Below are positions 34,396-46,646 of a DNA stretch of 64,000 nt, in pieces (the first letter of the stretch is position 1; every line of letters starts with the position of its first letter). The notes under the pieces were generated by a model that searched no databases, was not told the DNA's origin, and worked only from the letters and a program-made list of their open reading frames with translations. Both the position numbers and the translations under genes were made by a program. The DNA is taken from NCBI GenBank assembly GCA_009780275.1, contig WRAI01000005.1:5241-69240 (forward strand), read 5' to 3'. This DNA comes from Oscillospiraceae bacterium (lineage in GTDB: Bacteria; Bacillota; Clostridia; Oscillospirales; UBA929).

Positions 34396-35805
34396 ATGAA
34401 AACGATTTTTTTTCGCTATTTTTTTATGACGGCGACACTGCTGTTGACAAGTGTCATTGTCATCAGCACTGTTATGATGCTATTGATACACAATTATTTG
34501 CAAAATGAACAACAAGTACGGTTAGATCGACGCACTTTGAATTTACGAGATATCTTACAAGAGCATGACATAGCTCTTGATGACCCGGTCTTCCGCGCCA
34601 GTCTGCACTTTCTTGCCGATGCCACGCGTACGCATATTATGTTTGTTGATTTATCGCCTGAACGTTATGGTTATATTAAGTTCCGCACCTCTAACCATAT
34701 TGCATATGATAACCTCTCTCCCGACGCACTGACGCCCATTTATGAGGGTATAGATAAGTTTGACGACACGCTGGATGGCTTTTTTGCTACGCGGTACTAC
34801 ACCCGCGTTATTCCCATCGTGTTTTGTGGCTCTGACCAACACGTCACAGCTATTTTGGTTTCGCTGCCTATCGATGGACACTACGAAATTTTATTAGATG
34901 TGCTGTATATATTGTTGTTTATCTCGTTGCTGGTTGTCTTTGCCGCAGCCGTTTCAGCTTACTTTATGTCGCGCCGCATCTTGGCGCCGCTCAATGATAT
35001 GCGCGTTGCCGTACAAAACTTTTCGCTGGGCAACTATGCCGCGCGTGTGCCGTACCACGGCAAGCGTGACACCGAAATGGCAGAGCTCGCGACGGCCATC
35101 AACGCTATGGCGGTCGCGTTGGAAGTTGGCGAAGAGGCGCGCGCGGGATTCATTGCCAACGTCAGCCATGAGATACGCACACCGATTACTAATATCCTCG
35201 GCTACATCAACGGCATTCTCGACGGCACGTTGCCACAAGATCGTTCGCCACACTACTTAGGCATTATCCGCGATGAAATCATGCGCTTATCGCGGCTAGT
35301 CAAGCGTATGCTTGACATCGCGCGTGTGCAGTCGGGTGCGTTTGTCGCACAGCCACATCCTATGGATTTGTGCGAGCTTGCTGCACAGATGCTATTGTTG
35401 TTTGAAACGCAGATTACTGACAAACAATTAGACGTGCAAGTCGATATGCCTGACGCGGCGTTTTGCCTCGCCGATGAAGAAGCCATCGCACAGATTTGTT
35501 TTAACTTAATTGAAAATGCCATCAAGTTTTCCGAACCAGGTTCACCATTAAAACTAAAAATCTCACAGCAAAATGACAAAGCTTGGTTTTCGATTACCAA
35601 CTTCGGTGATGAAATTAAGCCGGCCGATATGCCGTTGCTGTTCGACCGCTTTTACAAGGTTGACATTTCACGCTCACGCGACCCGTCGGGGTTGGGACTT
35701 GGTTTGTTCTTAGTCAAAACCATCATCAATGCCCACGGTGAACAGATCTATGTTGAGAGTCATGATGGAGAGACGACGTTTAAGTTTTCGCTGCCGGACT
35801 TATAG
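34396..35805 (+). CDS. Sensor histidine kinase (two transmembrane segments, HAMP, HisKA, HATPase_c)
   Basis: H-box NVSHEIRTPITNI. N, G1 and G2 boxes ...NLIENAIKFS...GLGLGLFLVKTII. No response regulator is adjacent. Confidence 0.88.
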   Translation: MKTIFFRYFFMTATLLLTSVIVISTVMMLLIHNYLQNEQQVRLDRRTLNLRDILQEHDIALDDPVFRASLHFLADATRTHIMFVDLSPERYGYIKFRTSNHIAYDNLSPDALTPIYEGIDKFDDTLDGFFATRYYTRVIPIVFCGSDQHVTAILVSLPIDGHYEILLDVLYILLFISLLVVFAAAVSAYFMSRRILAPLNDMRVAVQNFSLGNYAARVPYHGKRDTEMAELATAINAMAVALEVGEEARAGFIANVSHEIRTPITNILGYINGILDGTLPQDRSPHYLGIIRDEIMRLSRLVKRMLDIARVQSGAFVAQPHPMDLCELAAQMLLLFETQITDKQLDVQVDMPDAAFCLADEEAIAQICFNLIENAIKFSEPGSPLKLKISQQNDKAWFSITNFGDEIKPADMPLLFDRFYKVDISRSRDPSGLGLGLFLVKTIINAHGEQIYVESHDGETTFKFSLPDL

Positions 35806-35813
35806 TGTAAAAC

Positions 35814-35843
35814 AAAAAAACAAGCCGATTGGCTTGTTTTTTT
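35814..35843. terminator. Bidirectional rho-independent terminator
   Basis: AAAAAAACAAGCC-GATT-GGCTTGTTTTTTT lies between convergent genes. Confidence 0.8.
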
Positions 35844-35870
35844 CGTGAAATTATAGTACAAAGCGCGCCC

Positions 35871-37091
35871 CTACCAAGCCCATTCGCCTTGCTTGAATAC
35901 TTGAACTTCTTTGCCGTCTTGAGTGATGCCAATAATATCCATATCCCCCGACCCAATCATAAAATCCTCATGCTCAAACGATTGGTTAAGTCCCATAGCG
36001 ATCCGCTCTTGCTCGCTTTTGCCGACAGCTCCTGTGATACAGTCGGGATAACCATCACCTAACGCCAAATGGCAAGACGCATTCTCGTCATAAAGAGCAT
36101 CATACCACAAAATGCCTGACTGAGAAATGGGCGAGGAATGGGGTACAAGAGCCACTTCGCCCAAATAGTTTGACCCCTCGTCGGCAGTCAACAGTTTCTC
36201 TAGCAAGTGTTGGTTCTTCTCAGCGGCATATTCCACTACTTTACCATCCTCAAACCGTAGCCAAAAACCGTCAATGACATCCCCATAATAGACCAGCGGC
36301 TTGGTGGCATAAACCACACCATTAACGCCATTCCGTTGCGGTGCAGTAAACACCTCTTCTGTTGGCATATTTGCAACAAAGTTGATGCCGGTTTTGGCCT
36401 CCTCACCACAAGCCAGCCAACAATGATTTTTCGGCAATTTCACTTCTAAGTCAGTGCCTAGCCCACTGGTAAATCGCAGGCTCTGAAAATTCCATTTGTT
36501 CAGCGCATCAGCCTTACCCTGCAAATACGCTACGTGCACCTGCCAATTCTCCACTGGATCGTTGTCGTCAATGCGACAAGCGGCATAAATAGCTTCCCAC
36601 ATCAATTCCATGGCTTGCTCATCGCCGGCAGCGTCAGGAAACACTTTTCTGGCCCAAGCAGGCGACGGCACACTACAGCTAACCCACTGTACTTCATTGG
36701 CCATAATCTGATCGTCGCGTGGTTTGCTCATTTTATTGTACGCCTTTTCGTCCCGCTCAATTCTATCGGGACAAACCCCTTTTAGGTTCTCGGGGTCGTC
36801 AGAGGAAATCCACAGCACATGATACTTCTCATCCACCAAATGCTGCATTCTGGCTCTCTCCCACTCCGCCACTTTCCCAAAATTTTCGTCTGGCGCAAGA
36901 AGATAGCCAATTCGCTCACTGGCCTCGTCACTCCAACGTATCACAACATCAGCTGCCCCACGGCGATACGCCTCTTCCATTGCCATCCGAGCCATATATG
37001 CCGCATTAATTTCGCAGTATATCGCCAACTTCTGCCCGGGCTGGATATTAACTCCGATTCCAAGAACAGCTTCCACATACTTCTTCAACAT
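35871..37091 (-). CDS. Aminopeptidase, M29 family (AmpS/PepS-like)
   Basis: MLKKYVEAVLGIGVNIQPGQKLAIY... and C-terminal ...HLALGDGYPDC...HEDFMIG. The start could instead be GTG 37103, 8 nt after GGAGG. Confidence 0.8.
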   Translation of the reverse strand: MLKKYVEAVLGIGVNIQPGQKLAIYCEINAAYMARMAMEEAYRRGAADVVIRWSDEASERIGYLLAPDENFGKVAEWERARMQHLVDEKYHVLWISSDDPENLKGVCPDRIERDEKAYNKMSKPRDDQIMANEVQWVSCSVPSPAWARKVFPDAAGDEQAMELMWEAIYAACRIDDNDPVENWQVHVAYLQGKADALNKWNFQSLRFTSGLGTDLEVKLPKNHCWLACGEEAKTGINFVANMPTEEVFTAPQRNGVNGVVYATKPLVYYGDVIDGFWLRFEDGKVVEYAAEKNQHLLEKLLTADEGSNYLGEVALVPHSSPISQSGILWYDALYDENASCHLALGDGYPDCITGAVGKSEQERIAMGLNQSFEHEDFMIGSGDMDIIGITQDGKEVQVFKQGEWAW

Positions 37092-37193
37092 TTTTTCACA
37101 CACGGCATAAGCCTCCAAAATATTAATTTTTTACACTGCCGTAAACTATACAGCTCGTCGTCAGAGGCAATCGTCGCCCGTTATGTGCATTCC

Positions 37194-37979
37194 TTATTTC
37201 ACTTCGACAAACTGCGAGGCCGAGGCTCTTATCTTTTTTGGCAATGGCACATATAGGCCGTCAATACGCCGTGCAATGTCGAGCATGGCTTGGCCTGCGT
37301 TGGTGCGCCCTTGCAAAATTAGCGGTGAGGCGTGGTTGGCGCAAGCGATGACTGTCTCATCTTCGGGCACGAGCCCCAACAGTGGCAGACCCACCATATC
37401 CATGACTTCGTCAATGTTCGCAGCTTCACCGGCAACAATCTGATGCGGGCGCACGCGGTTGACCACTAAACGGCATTGCTTTTGCCCCTCTGCCTCCGCC
37501 AACAACAACTGATGTACGCGCGCCGCATCACGCAAACTGATGAGCTCAGTATTTGCCACAACGATAACCATGTCGGCCACCGATACTGCCAGTTGAAACG
37601 CCGTGTCCACACCTGCCGCACTGTCGACCAAAATATAGTCGAAGTGCGGGCGCAACGGCTTCATCATGGCTTGAAAGACATTGAGATCTATTTCTTGCGG
37701 CATGATCGTGTTAGGCGCAGCCAGCAGTGATAGCCGTTTAAGCACCGGATGCGCAGTCACTGCGTCGTTGAGCGTACAGCGGCGCTCAATGACATCATTA
37801 AAATCGAAAGCCATTGATTCATGCATACCGAGCAACACATCCAAGCTGCGCAGCCCGATGTCGGCATCAACTGCCAACACGCGTTTGCCCAGTGCCGCCA
37901 AATAGCTCGCGATACCTGCTGCCAACGTGCTTTTACCTGTGCCACCTTTGCCTGAAGCCAATGTAATGACTTTGCCCAT
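37194..37979 (-). CDS. MinD/ParA-family P-loop ATPase (orphan; no minC or minE nearby)
   Basis: Deviant Walker A SGKGGTGKST. Contains VLAVDADIGLRSLDVLLG. ATG at 37979 follows GGGGGAG. Confidence 0.8.
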   Translation of the reverse strand: MGKVITLASGKGGTGKSTLAAGIASYLAALGKRVLAVDADIGLRSLDVLLGMHESMAFDFNDVIERRCTLNDAVTAHPVLKRLSLLAAPNTIMPQEIDLNVFQAMMKPLRPHFDYILVDSAAGVDTAFQLAVSVADMVIVVANTELISLRDAARVHQLLLAEAEGQKQCRLVVNRVRPHQIVAGEAANIDEVMDMVGLPLLGLVPEDETVIACANHASPLILQGRTNAGQAMLDIARRIDGLYVPLPKKIRASASQFVEVK

Positions 37980-38124
37980 AATTCTCCCCCACGAGACGGG
38001 CCTCACAGAGGCCCCCCTCTTTTATTTATTGGCGGGCGGCCCTTACAGGGCACGCACCTAGATTACATGAAGTTGCTGTATGTTGCCGCTTCATTCGTCG
38101 GCTGCGGTGAATCCGGCAACATTT

Positions 38125-38808
38125 TTATGCTACCAACCAAAATATCCCATATAAAACCGGCTGATGCACCAAATATATAAGTAAGCCGTGCCGCCCGATA
38201 ATTGGCAAAATCGGCATATTGAAAGTGTAAAACCATTTTGGCAATTTATTTTCAACGGCCAACTTTCCCAGCCAGGTACCAAGCAAGAAAAGAAACAACC
38301 AGGGCAATAGCGGGAAATAATCAGCCCCGCGATTACCATAAAGCCCAAATGGCAGAAATAAGTTTGTCTCCTCTTCAATGGCACGCGGGAAAAAGAAGCT
38401 ACTCACAGCAAATAATGCGATATATATTGCCGGCTGTAATCGTTTTGGCAATTTGTCGAGCGTGCTTTGCAACAATCCGTACAACGTCATTGCTACGCCG
38501 AGAAAGTGCAATATACCAAAATAAATTGGCATTCCAATCCAGAATGTTGCGATGCTGACAGCGTAAGCGCAAAGTAAAACAATAACGCCGCGCCGCAAGT
38601 TGGAGCGTGAAAATCGGCTGCTCATGCCGGACAACAGAATGAATACACCAGCGAAGATAGGCTGCAAAATGCGCAGCGTTGGATTAAAAACTAATGTCGG
38701 TTCGGCAAACCCCCAGTCGACAAGATTGATGCCAAAGTGAAAGGCAACCATGAGGATAATGGCAAACCCACGCAAGGCGTCGATGAGATGAATGCGTTGT
38801 TTTATCAT
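38125..38808 (-). CDS. DUF1624 / heparan-alpha-glucosaminide N-acetyltransferase-like membrane protein
   Basis: RIHLIDALRGFAIILMVAFHF at the N-terminus. Polytopic. AAAGGAG RBS. Confidence 0.7.
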   Translation of the reverse strand: MIKQRIHLIDALRGFAIILMVAFHFGINLVDWGFAEPTLVFNPTLRILQPIFAGVFILLSGMSSRFSRSNLRRGVIVLLCAYAVSIATFWIGMPIYFGILHFLGVAMTLYGLLQSTLDKLPKRLQPAIYIALFAVSSFFFPRAIEEETNLFLPFGLYGNRGADYFPLLPWLFLFLLGTWLGKLAVENKLPKWFYTFNMPILPIIGRHGLLIYLVHQPVLYGIFWLVA

Positions 38809-38819
38809 GCCGTCTCCTT

Positions 38820-39287
38820 TTAGTTTTCACGGGACGCCCGGGGAGTCCCCGATGAATGATTTTTGTACTCCGCCACGGCCAGTTCATCACATCGATTGTT
38901 ATAGGGGTTGTCACTATGCCCGCGTACCCAAATGAAAGTCACCTCATGTGTTTCGCAGAGGTCGAGTAGTTGTACCCAAAGGTCAGAATTCAAAGCCGGT
39001 TTTTTGTCAGACTTGATCCAATTATTGCTGCGCCATTTCTTTGCCCAACCTTTGTTAATGCCGTCGGCAACGTAGCGCGAGTCCGTGGTAACAATGACGT
39101 TACAGGAGCGCTTTAGCGTTTGCAAGCCTTGAATAACGCCTGTCAACTCCATGCGATTATTGGTAGTGTCGGGGTCATAACCGGAAAGTTCTTTTTCGTG
39201 CTCGCCGTATTTCAAGATGGCCGCCCAGCCACCGGGACCGGGGTTTCCGGAGCAAGCACCGTCGGTGTAAAGAGAGACGTTATCCAT
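38820..39287 (-). CDS. rnhA: Ribonuclease HI
   Basis: LYTDGACSGNPGPGGWAAIL...TNNRMELTGVIQGL...VTTDSRYV...WVRGHSDNPYNNRCDELA. The DEDD catalytic residues are in context. Confidence 0.92.
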   Translation of the reverse strand: MDNVSLYTDGACSGNPGPGGWAAILKYGEHEKELSGYDPDTTNNRMELTGVIQGLQTLKRSCNVIVTTDSRYVADGINKGWAKKWRSNNWIKSDKKPALNSDLWVQLLDLCETHEVTFIWVRGHSDNPYNNRCDELAVAEYKNHSSGTPRASREN

Positions 39288-39290
39288 GGG

Positions 39291-41807
39291 TTATTCCGTT
39301 TGCGGCATGTCGAGCTCACCGTGCCCTACACTGCCTTCGCTGTCACCTTCAATATTATCGCTCTCTTCCTCTCGCTTGACGCGGGCGGTAGCGATGAGTT
39401 TAGCGCCCTTACCCATGCGCATGACGGTGACGCCTGACGCACTGCGACTATAAACATTGATGGAATCGACAGCGATGCGGATGATTGTGCCATCGTCGCT
39501 AATGAGCAGAATATCATCATCGGGACTGACGACTTTGATATCAGCCACCAAGCCGGTTTTGTCATTGAGGCCGTGGTTTTTGACTCCCATGCCGCCACGT
39601 TTCTGCATACGGTACGCCGACAGCTCAGTACGTTTTCCGTAACCGTTTTCAGTGACAGTCAACAACGTACCGTCCGGGTGTGCCCGCGCCGCGCCAACAA
39701 CTTCATCACCCTCGGCCAGCCGCATACCGCGCACGCCGCCGGCCTCGCGCCCCATGGTGCGAATATCGGTTTCAGGGAAACAGATAGCTTTACCCTGCCG
39801 CGTGGCAATAATGATATCAGTGTACCCATCGGTTTTGCGGACGGTGTTTAACTCGTCGCCCTCGGCCAGCGTGATGGCACGGACGCCCGACTTTCGGTTG
39901 GTGCGCAACACATCAAGCAACACGCGCTTGACAACGCCGCGCCGTGTGACCAACACAAGGTATTCTTCAGCCATATCGTCACTGGTTGGAATAATAGCTG
40001 TTACACGTTCATCGGATTCCAGTGGCAGTAGGTTGACAATGTTCATGCCCTTGGCATTGCGCCCCGACTCAGGGATATGATAGCCTTTTTTAGTGTATAG
40101 CCGCCCATAGTTGGTAAAGAAGAGCAACGTATCGTGTGTATTGCCAACAAGTACATCCTTTATATAGTCTTCCTCACGGATGGCTTGCGCCGTTACACCG
40201 CGACCGCCCCGCCGCTGTGCGCGATAAACAGCTTCAGGCTGACGCTTGATGTAGTTTTGGCTGGTTAGCGTAAAGACGCAGTCGGTGCGCTCAATTAAAT
40301 CTTCCATGTCAATCTCGTCATCAACAATTTCAATATCAGTACGGCGTTCGTCACCGTATTTTCGTTTGATTTCGAGCAATTCTTCGCGCACCATTGCCAT
40401 AATTTGTGATTCTGAACCGAGCAGACCGCGCAGTTCTTCAATTTTCTTCATAATTTCGGCGTATTCGGCCTCGATTTTGTCGAGTTCCAGCCCAGTCAAA
40501 CGCCCCAGGCGTAAATCGACGATGGCTTGCGCTTGAATATCAGATAAGTCAAAACGACTAATCAGCGCTGTCTTGGCTTCGGGAATGTTGGTACTGGCGC
40601 GAATGATTTTGACAACTTCGTCGACATTGCGTGCCGCTATACAGAGTCCTTCTAAAATGTGGGCGCGTTCGAGTGCTTTTTTCAACTCGTATTCGGCGCG
40701 GCGAATGGTAACTTCGCGTTGGTGTGCAATATAGTGGTCAAGCATTTCGCGCAATGTCATGACTTTGGGCTGTCCGTTAACGAGCGCAAGCAAGATGATA
40801 CCAAAAGTTACTTGCATCTGCGTATGGGTGTAGAGCTGGTTGAGTACAATTTGCGCGTTGGCGTCACGTTTGAGTTCAATGACAATTTTCATGCCGTTGC
40901 GGTCAGACTCATCACGCAACGCAGAAATAGCTTCAACGGTTTTATCTTTGACCAGTTCAGCAATTGATTCGACCAGCCGCGCTTTGTTGACTTGATAAGG
41001 CAGTTCCTTGACGACGATGCGCGTTTTGGTTTTGCCCTCCTCAATTTCGGCCTTGGCCCGAACTTTCATGCGACCGCGGCCTGTGGCATATGCTGCCCGC
41101 ATCCCCGATACGCCAAAAATTGTACCGTAAGTCGGAAAATCAGGCCCTTTGATGTGCTGCAAAAGATCTTCGAGGGTAACCTCTGAGTCATCAATAACAG
41201 CGACAGTCGCATCGATAACTTCACTTAAATTGTGCGGTGGAATATTGGTCGCCATGCCAACGGCGATGCCTGAGCTACCGTTAACTAATAAATTGGGAAA
41301 CCGTGAAGGCAATACTGACGGCTCTTTACGAAAATTGTCATAGTTGGGCACGAAATCGACGGTATCTTTCTCAATATCAGCCATCATTTCCATCGCGATT
41401 TTTGACATGCGCGACTCGGTATAACGCATGGCGGCCGGCGGATCACCGTCAACTGAACCGAAGTTACCGTGACCATCTACCAGCATGTAGCGCAACGAGA
41501 AAGGCTGCGCCATACGCACCAGTGAATCATAAATAGCTTGGTCACCGTGCGGGTGATAGCGACCCATAACATCGCCGACAGCTGTTGCAGCTTTACGGAA
41601 TGGTTTATCAGAAGTAAGATTTTCTTCATACATCGTATAGAGAATGCGGCGATGTACCGGCTTCAAACCGTCACGCACATCAGGCAATGCACGACTGACG
41701 ATGACGCTCATGGCATAATCAATGTATGATTTTTTCATCTCGCGTTCCAGCTCAATGGGAACTATGGTTTGGTTAGAAAAATCGGCAATGTTATTGTTGT
41801 CGGGCAT
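39291..41807 (-). CDS. gyrA: DNA gyrase subunit A
   Basis: 838 aa. ...[18 protein letters not shown]...[17 protein letters not shown].. plus C-terminal beta-pinwheel repeats. Confidence 0.97.
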   Translation of the reverse strand: MPDNNNIADFSNQTIVPIELEREMKKSYIDYAMSVIVSRALPDVRDGLKPVHRRILYTMYEENLTSDKPFRKAATAVGDVMGRYHPHGDQAIYDSLVRMAQPFSLRYMLVDGHGNFGSVDGDPPAAMRYTESRMSKIAMEMMADIEKDTVDFVPNYDNFRKEPSVLPSRFPNLLVNGSSGIAVGMATNIPPHNLSEVIDATVAVIDDSEVTLEDLLQHIKGPDFPTYGTIFGVSGMRAAYATGRGRMKVRAKAEIEEGKTKTRIVVKELPYQVNKARLVESIAELVKDKTVEAISALRDESDRNGMKIVIELKRDANAQIVLNQLYTHTQMQVTFGIILLALVNGQPKVMTLREMLDHYIAHQREVTIRRAEYELKKALERAHILEGLCIAARNVDEVVKIIRASTNIPEAKTALISRFDLSDIQAQAIVDLRLGRLTGLELDKIEAEYAEIMKKIEELRGLLGSESQIMAMVREELLEIKRKYGDERRTDIEIVDDEIDMEDLIERTDCVFTLTSQNYIKRQPEAVYRAQRRGGRGVTAQAIREEDYIKDVLVGNTHDTLLFFTNYGRLYTKKGYHIPESGRNAKGMNIVNLLPLESDERVTAIIPTSDDMAEEYLVLVTRRGVVKRVLLDVLRTNRKSGVRAITLAEGDELNTVRKTDGYTDIIIATRQGKAICFPETDIRTMGREAGGVRGMRLAEGDEVVGAARAHPDGTLLTVTENGYGKRTELSAYRMQKRGGMGVKNHGLNDKTGLVADIKVVSPDDDILLISDDGTIIRIAVDSINVYSRSASGVTVMRMGKGAKLIATARVKREEESDNIEGDSEGSVGHGELDMPQTE

Positions 41808-41989
41808 GGTATTTACTCCCCACGGGGCACGCCTCGGGGACTTCTAACATTTCGCCATGGGCGAAAGTCGATGGTCCGCGGGACCCCTTTTTTATTTTAT
41901 CGGCAGACGGCACGGCAAAGCTGCACCTATGGAATTGACTTGTCGCTACGCTCAGCGATTATATCGCACTTCCGGCGAACAATTTTTAT

Positions 41990-44154
<2,165 letters not shown>

Positions 44155-44188
44155 ACACCTTCTCCTGTGGACGAGTAAAACTCATCCC

Positions 44189-45286
44189 TTATTGATAAAA
44201 TTCTCCATTCCTCACTCGTATCACGTTTCCATTGAGTAATCTTGTTCTCCGATTATCGCAACAAGTAATCAAAATCTGCCCGTCTGTCACCTCATTCAGC
44301 ACTACGCGTCGGCGATGTTCATCTAATTCACTCAGCACATCGTCCAGTAACAACAATGGCGATTCATTTAACTCTTTCTTAAAATAAGCGCGTTCCGCCA
44401 TTTTGATGGCAATAACTGCCGTACGTGCTTGCCCTTGTGAAGCAAAAATTCTCAGCTCATTTTGATTGATATTCAATTGAAAATTGTCACGCTGTGAACC
44501 TGTCAAACAAAATCCAGCAGCTATTTCTTGATGCAATCGTTTGGCGAAATGATCCAATAAAACAGTTTCAAGTTGTGAGGCATTAAAAATATCTTTTTCT
44601 TCTACACAACTTACGGTTCTATACGCCAATGTCAATACTTCTTTACCGTTACTCAACTTCTCATGATAATTTTGCGCCAGTTGTGATAAGATTTTAACAA
44701 ACCTCGCTCGTTCTGGGATAAGTACGGCGGCATACTTAGCCAGTTGCGTATTATAAGCTGCCAGTAAGTCAATATCGGGTGCTTGTTTGCGCAATACTTT
44801 CTGCTTTTGTTTAAGCACCTTATTATAACGGCTTAATGCCGATAAGTATGCAGGCCGTATTTGACATAATACCGAATCCATCAATCGCCGTCGCAATGCT
44901 GGTCCTTCTTGCACCAATCCCAAATCACTTGGGGCAAATAGTACTGATGGTAAAATCCCTACCAATTCGCGCAATGTTTGCAGTGTTACACCATTGAGAG
45001 TAATTTTGCGCTGTCTGCGACGTAATAGTGAGGCTTCCAATTTTTGCTGACGACCTTGTGATATAAATTGCGCCGATAGCCACGCGTGCGGTTTACCAAA
45101 CTGTATCAACTCTTCATCATGCACCGTACGGAATGAGCGCGCTGCCGACCAATAGGCAACACCTTCGAGCAAACTCGTTTTACCCTGTGCGTTAGCACCG
45201 ACAATCACATTGATACCCTCTTGAAATTCTACGACTTGCCTATCAATATTCCGGAAATCCTCCAATGCCAATGACCGAATAACCAT
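44189..45286 (-). CDS. recF: DNA replication/repair protein RecF
   Basis: LALEDFRNI...GANAQGKTSLLEGV is the Walker A. Also ...LLLDDVLSELDEHRR. The start abuts the dnaN stop (TAAATG). Confidence 0.93.
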   Translation of the reverse strand: MVIRSLALEDFRNIDRQVVEFQEGINVIVGANAQGKTSLLEGVAYWSAARSFRTVHDEELIQFGKPHAWLSAQFISQGRQQKLEASLLRRRQRKITLNGVTLQTLRELVGILPSVLFAPSDLGLVQEGPALRRRLMDSVLCQIRPAYLSALSRYNKVLKQKQKVLRKQAPDIDLLAAYNTQLAKYAAVLIPERARFVKILSQLAQNYHEKLSNGKEVLTLAYRTVSCVEEKDIFNASQLETVLLDHFAKRLHQEIAAGFCLTGSQRDNFQLNINQNELRIFASQGQARTAVIAIKMAERAYFKKELNESPLLLLDDVLSELDEHRRRVVLNEVTDGQILITCCDNRRTRLLNGNVIRVRNGEFYQ

Positions 45287-46393
45287 TTAATCGTTGCTTA
45301 ACCGAGTTGGCAACACCATATTTAAATATACCTCACCTTCCAGCGGCAAGACAACACATGGATTTAAGCTTCCATTAAAACATAATTTTACCTCATCATC
45401 ATCGACTGTCCGTAACGCGTCAAGTAAGTAGCGGTTATTAAAACCAATTTCCAAGCCCTCACCGTCACCTTGACTGTCACATACGTCACTGCTGAAACCA
45501 AGTGCTGTTTTACATTGCATAGCAACGGTATTTTCATTGATTGTCAAACGAACGGCACTACGAATTTTTTCTTGAATGACCAGTGACACGCGCTCAACTG
45601 CTGTTTGTAACATCCGCGCATTAACAGTGACAGTATATTTGTAGTCTTCAGGAATGGCACGTTGATAATTGTGAAATTCACCTTCTAACAATCGTGAAAA
45701 TAACGTCGCGTGTCCCATCATAAACTGAATATGCCGCCGGCCCAACTCAATGGTTAATATACTCTCCTCGTCTTCAAGCAAAATGCGTTCTAACTCACGC
45801 AGCGCTGCGCCGGGCACGATGAATTTAAAGTCTTCGCCTCCGTGTTCAATTTCCGTTTTACGAATAGCCATACGGAATCCGTCCAACGCTACAACATTCA
45901 GCTGATTGCCAATAATGTCGAACAATGCACCTGTGTTGAGAATTCGACTTTCATTGTCACTCAGCGCATATGTGATATGTGACAAAATATGTCGCAATGT
46001 AGCTTGTGAGAAAGTAAAAGTTTTTTCATTTTCAGTTTCCGGTAAATTGGCGTAATCACTTGCCGGTAAGCCGGGTAATTGAAAAGCAATGGTGCCGCAT
46101 TGAATGTCAATGACATTTTGATCGTTGACTTCAAAAGAAATGACGTCATCAGGCATTTTACGTAAAATATCTTGCAACATTTTATTGGGCATAATAACTG
46201 CACCCTGCATTTGGATATCAGCGTGTAAAGATACTACAATGCCGATTTCCATATTATAACCGGTGATGGTGATATTATTGTCAACGTTAAAAAGCAAACC
46301 CTCCATTGATGGCAAAGCATTGCGCATCGAAGCTGCTCGTGCAGCCGTTGCCACAGCATTGAGTAAAATGCTTCGCTCACATTGAAATTTCAT
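45287..46393 (-). CDS. dnaN: DNA polymerase III subunit beta (sliding clamp)
   Basis: 368 aa. MKFQCERSILLNAVATAARA... Three-domain length. Positioned after dnaA. Confidence 0.93.
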   Translation of the reverse strand: MKFQCERSILLNAVATAARAASMRNALPSMEGLLFNVDNNITITGYNMEIGIVVSLHADIQMQGAVIMPNKMLQDILRKMPDDVISFEVNDQNVIDIQCGTIAFQLPGLPASDYANLPETENEKTFTFSQATLRHILSHITYALSDNESRILNTGALFDIIGNQLNVVALDGFRMAIRKTEIEHGGEDFKFIVPGAALRELERILLEDEESILTIELGRRHIQFMMGHATLFSRLLEGEFHNYQRAIPEDYKYTVTVNARMLQTAVERVSLVIQEKIRSAVRLTINENTVAMQCKTALGFSSDVCDSQGDGEGLEIGFNNRYLLDALRTVDDDEVKLCFNGSLNPCVVLPLEGEVYLNMVLPTRLSND

Positions 46394-46646
46394 AGCATGT
46401 GTACCTCCAAAATTTTTTGTCTCAAACAGATAAGAGTATAGTTTATTATTATACTTAGTGGTAGTCGTAGGGCTGTGGATTGTGGAAAAGTCACCATAAG
46501 GCTTACGAGATATGGGATTGTAACTGGGGGCAACGTGTTGATAAAAAAGAATAACTTTTAATAATTATTTTTAAAAAAGTTTATTAACAATAACTTATCA
46601 ACACTCAACAACTTGTCAACAGCGCATTGAGGTCATTATTCTCTGT
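46394..46646. other. oriC: oriC (dnaA-dnaN intergenic origin): DnaA boxes flanking an AT-rich unwinding stretch
   Basis: Reverse-orientation boxes: TGTGGATTG (46475), TGTGGAAAA (46481), TGTTGATAA (46536). Forward boxes: TTATCAACA (46595), TTGTCAACA (46613). The AT-rich run 46541-46594 reads ATAAAAAAGAATAACTTTTAATAATTATTTTTAAAAAAGTTTATTAACAATAAC. Confidence 0.8.

Noticed and set aside
37985-38124. GC-rich hairpin GGGCCTC-ACA-GAGGCCC as a terminator between the DUF1624 and minD-like genes
   Set aside because: On the transcribed (minus) strand it is not followed by a U-tract, and it sits directly against the minD-like RBS. Its function is unclear, so I did not call it a terminator.
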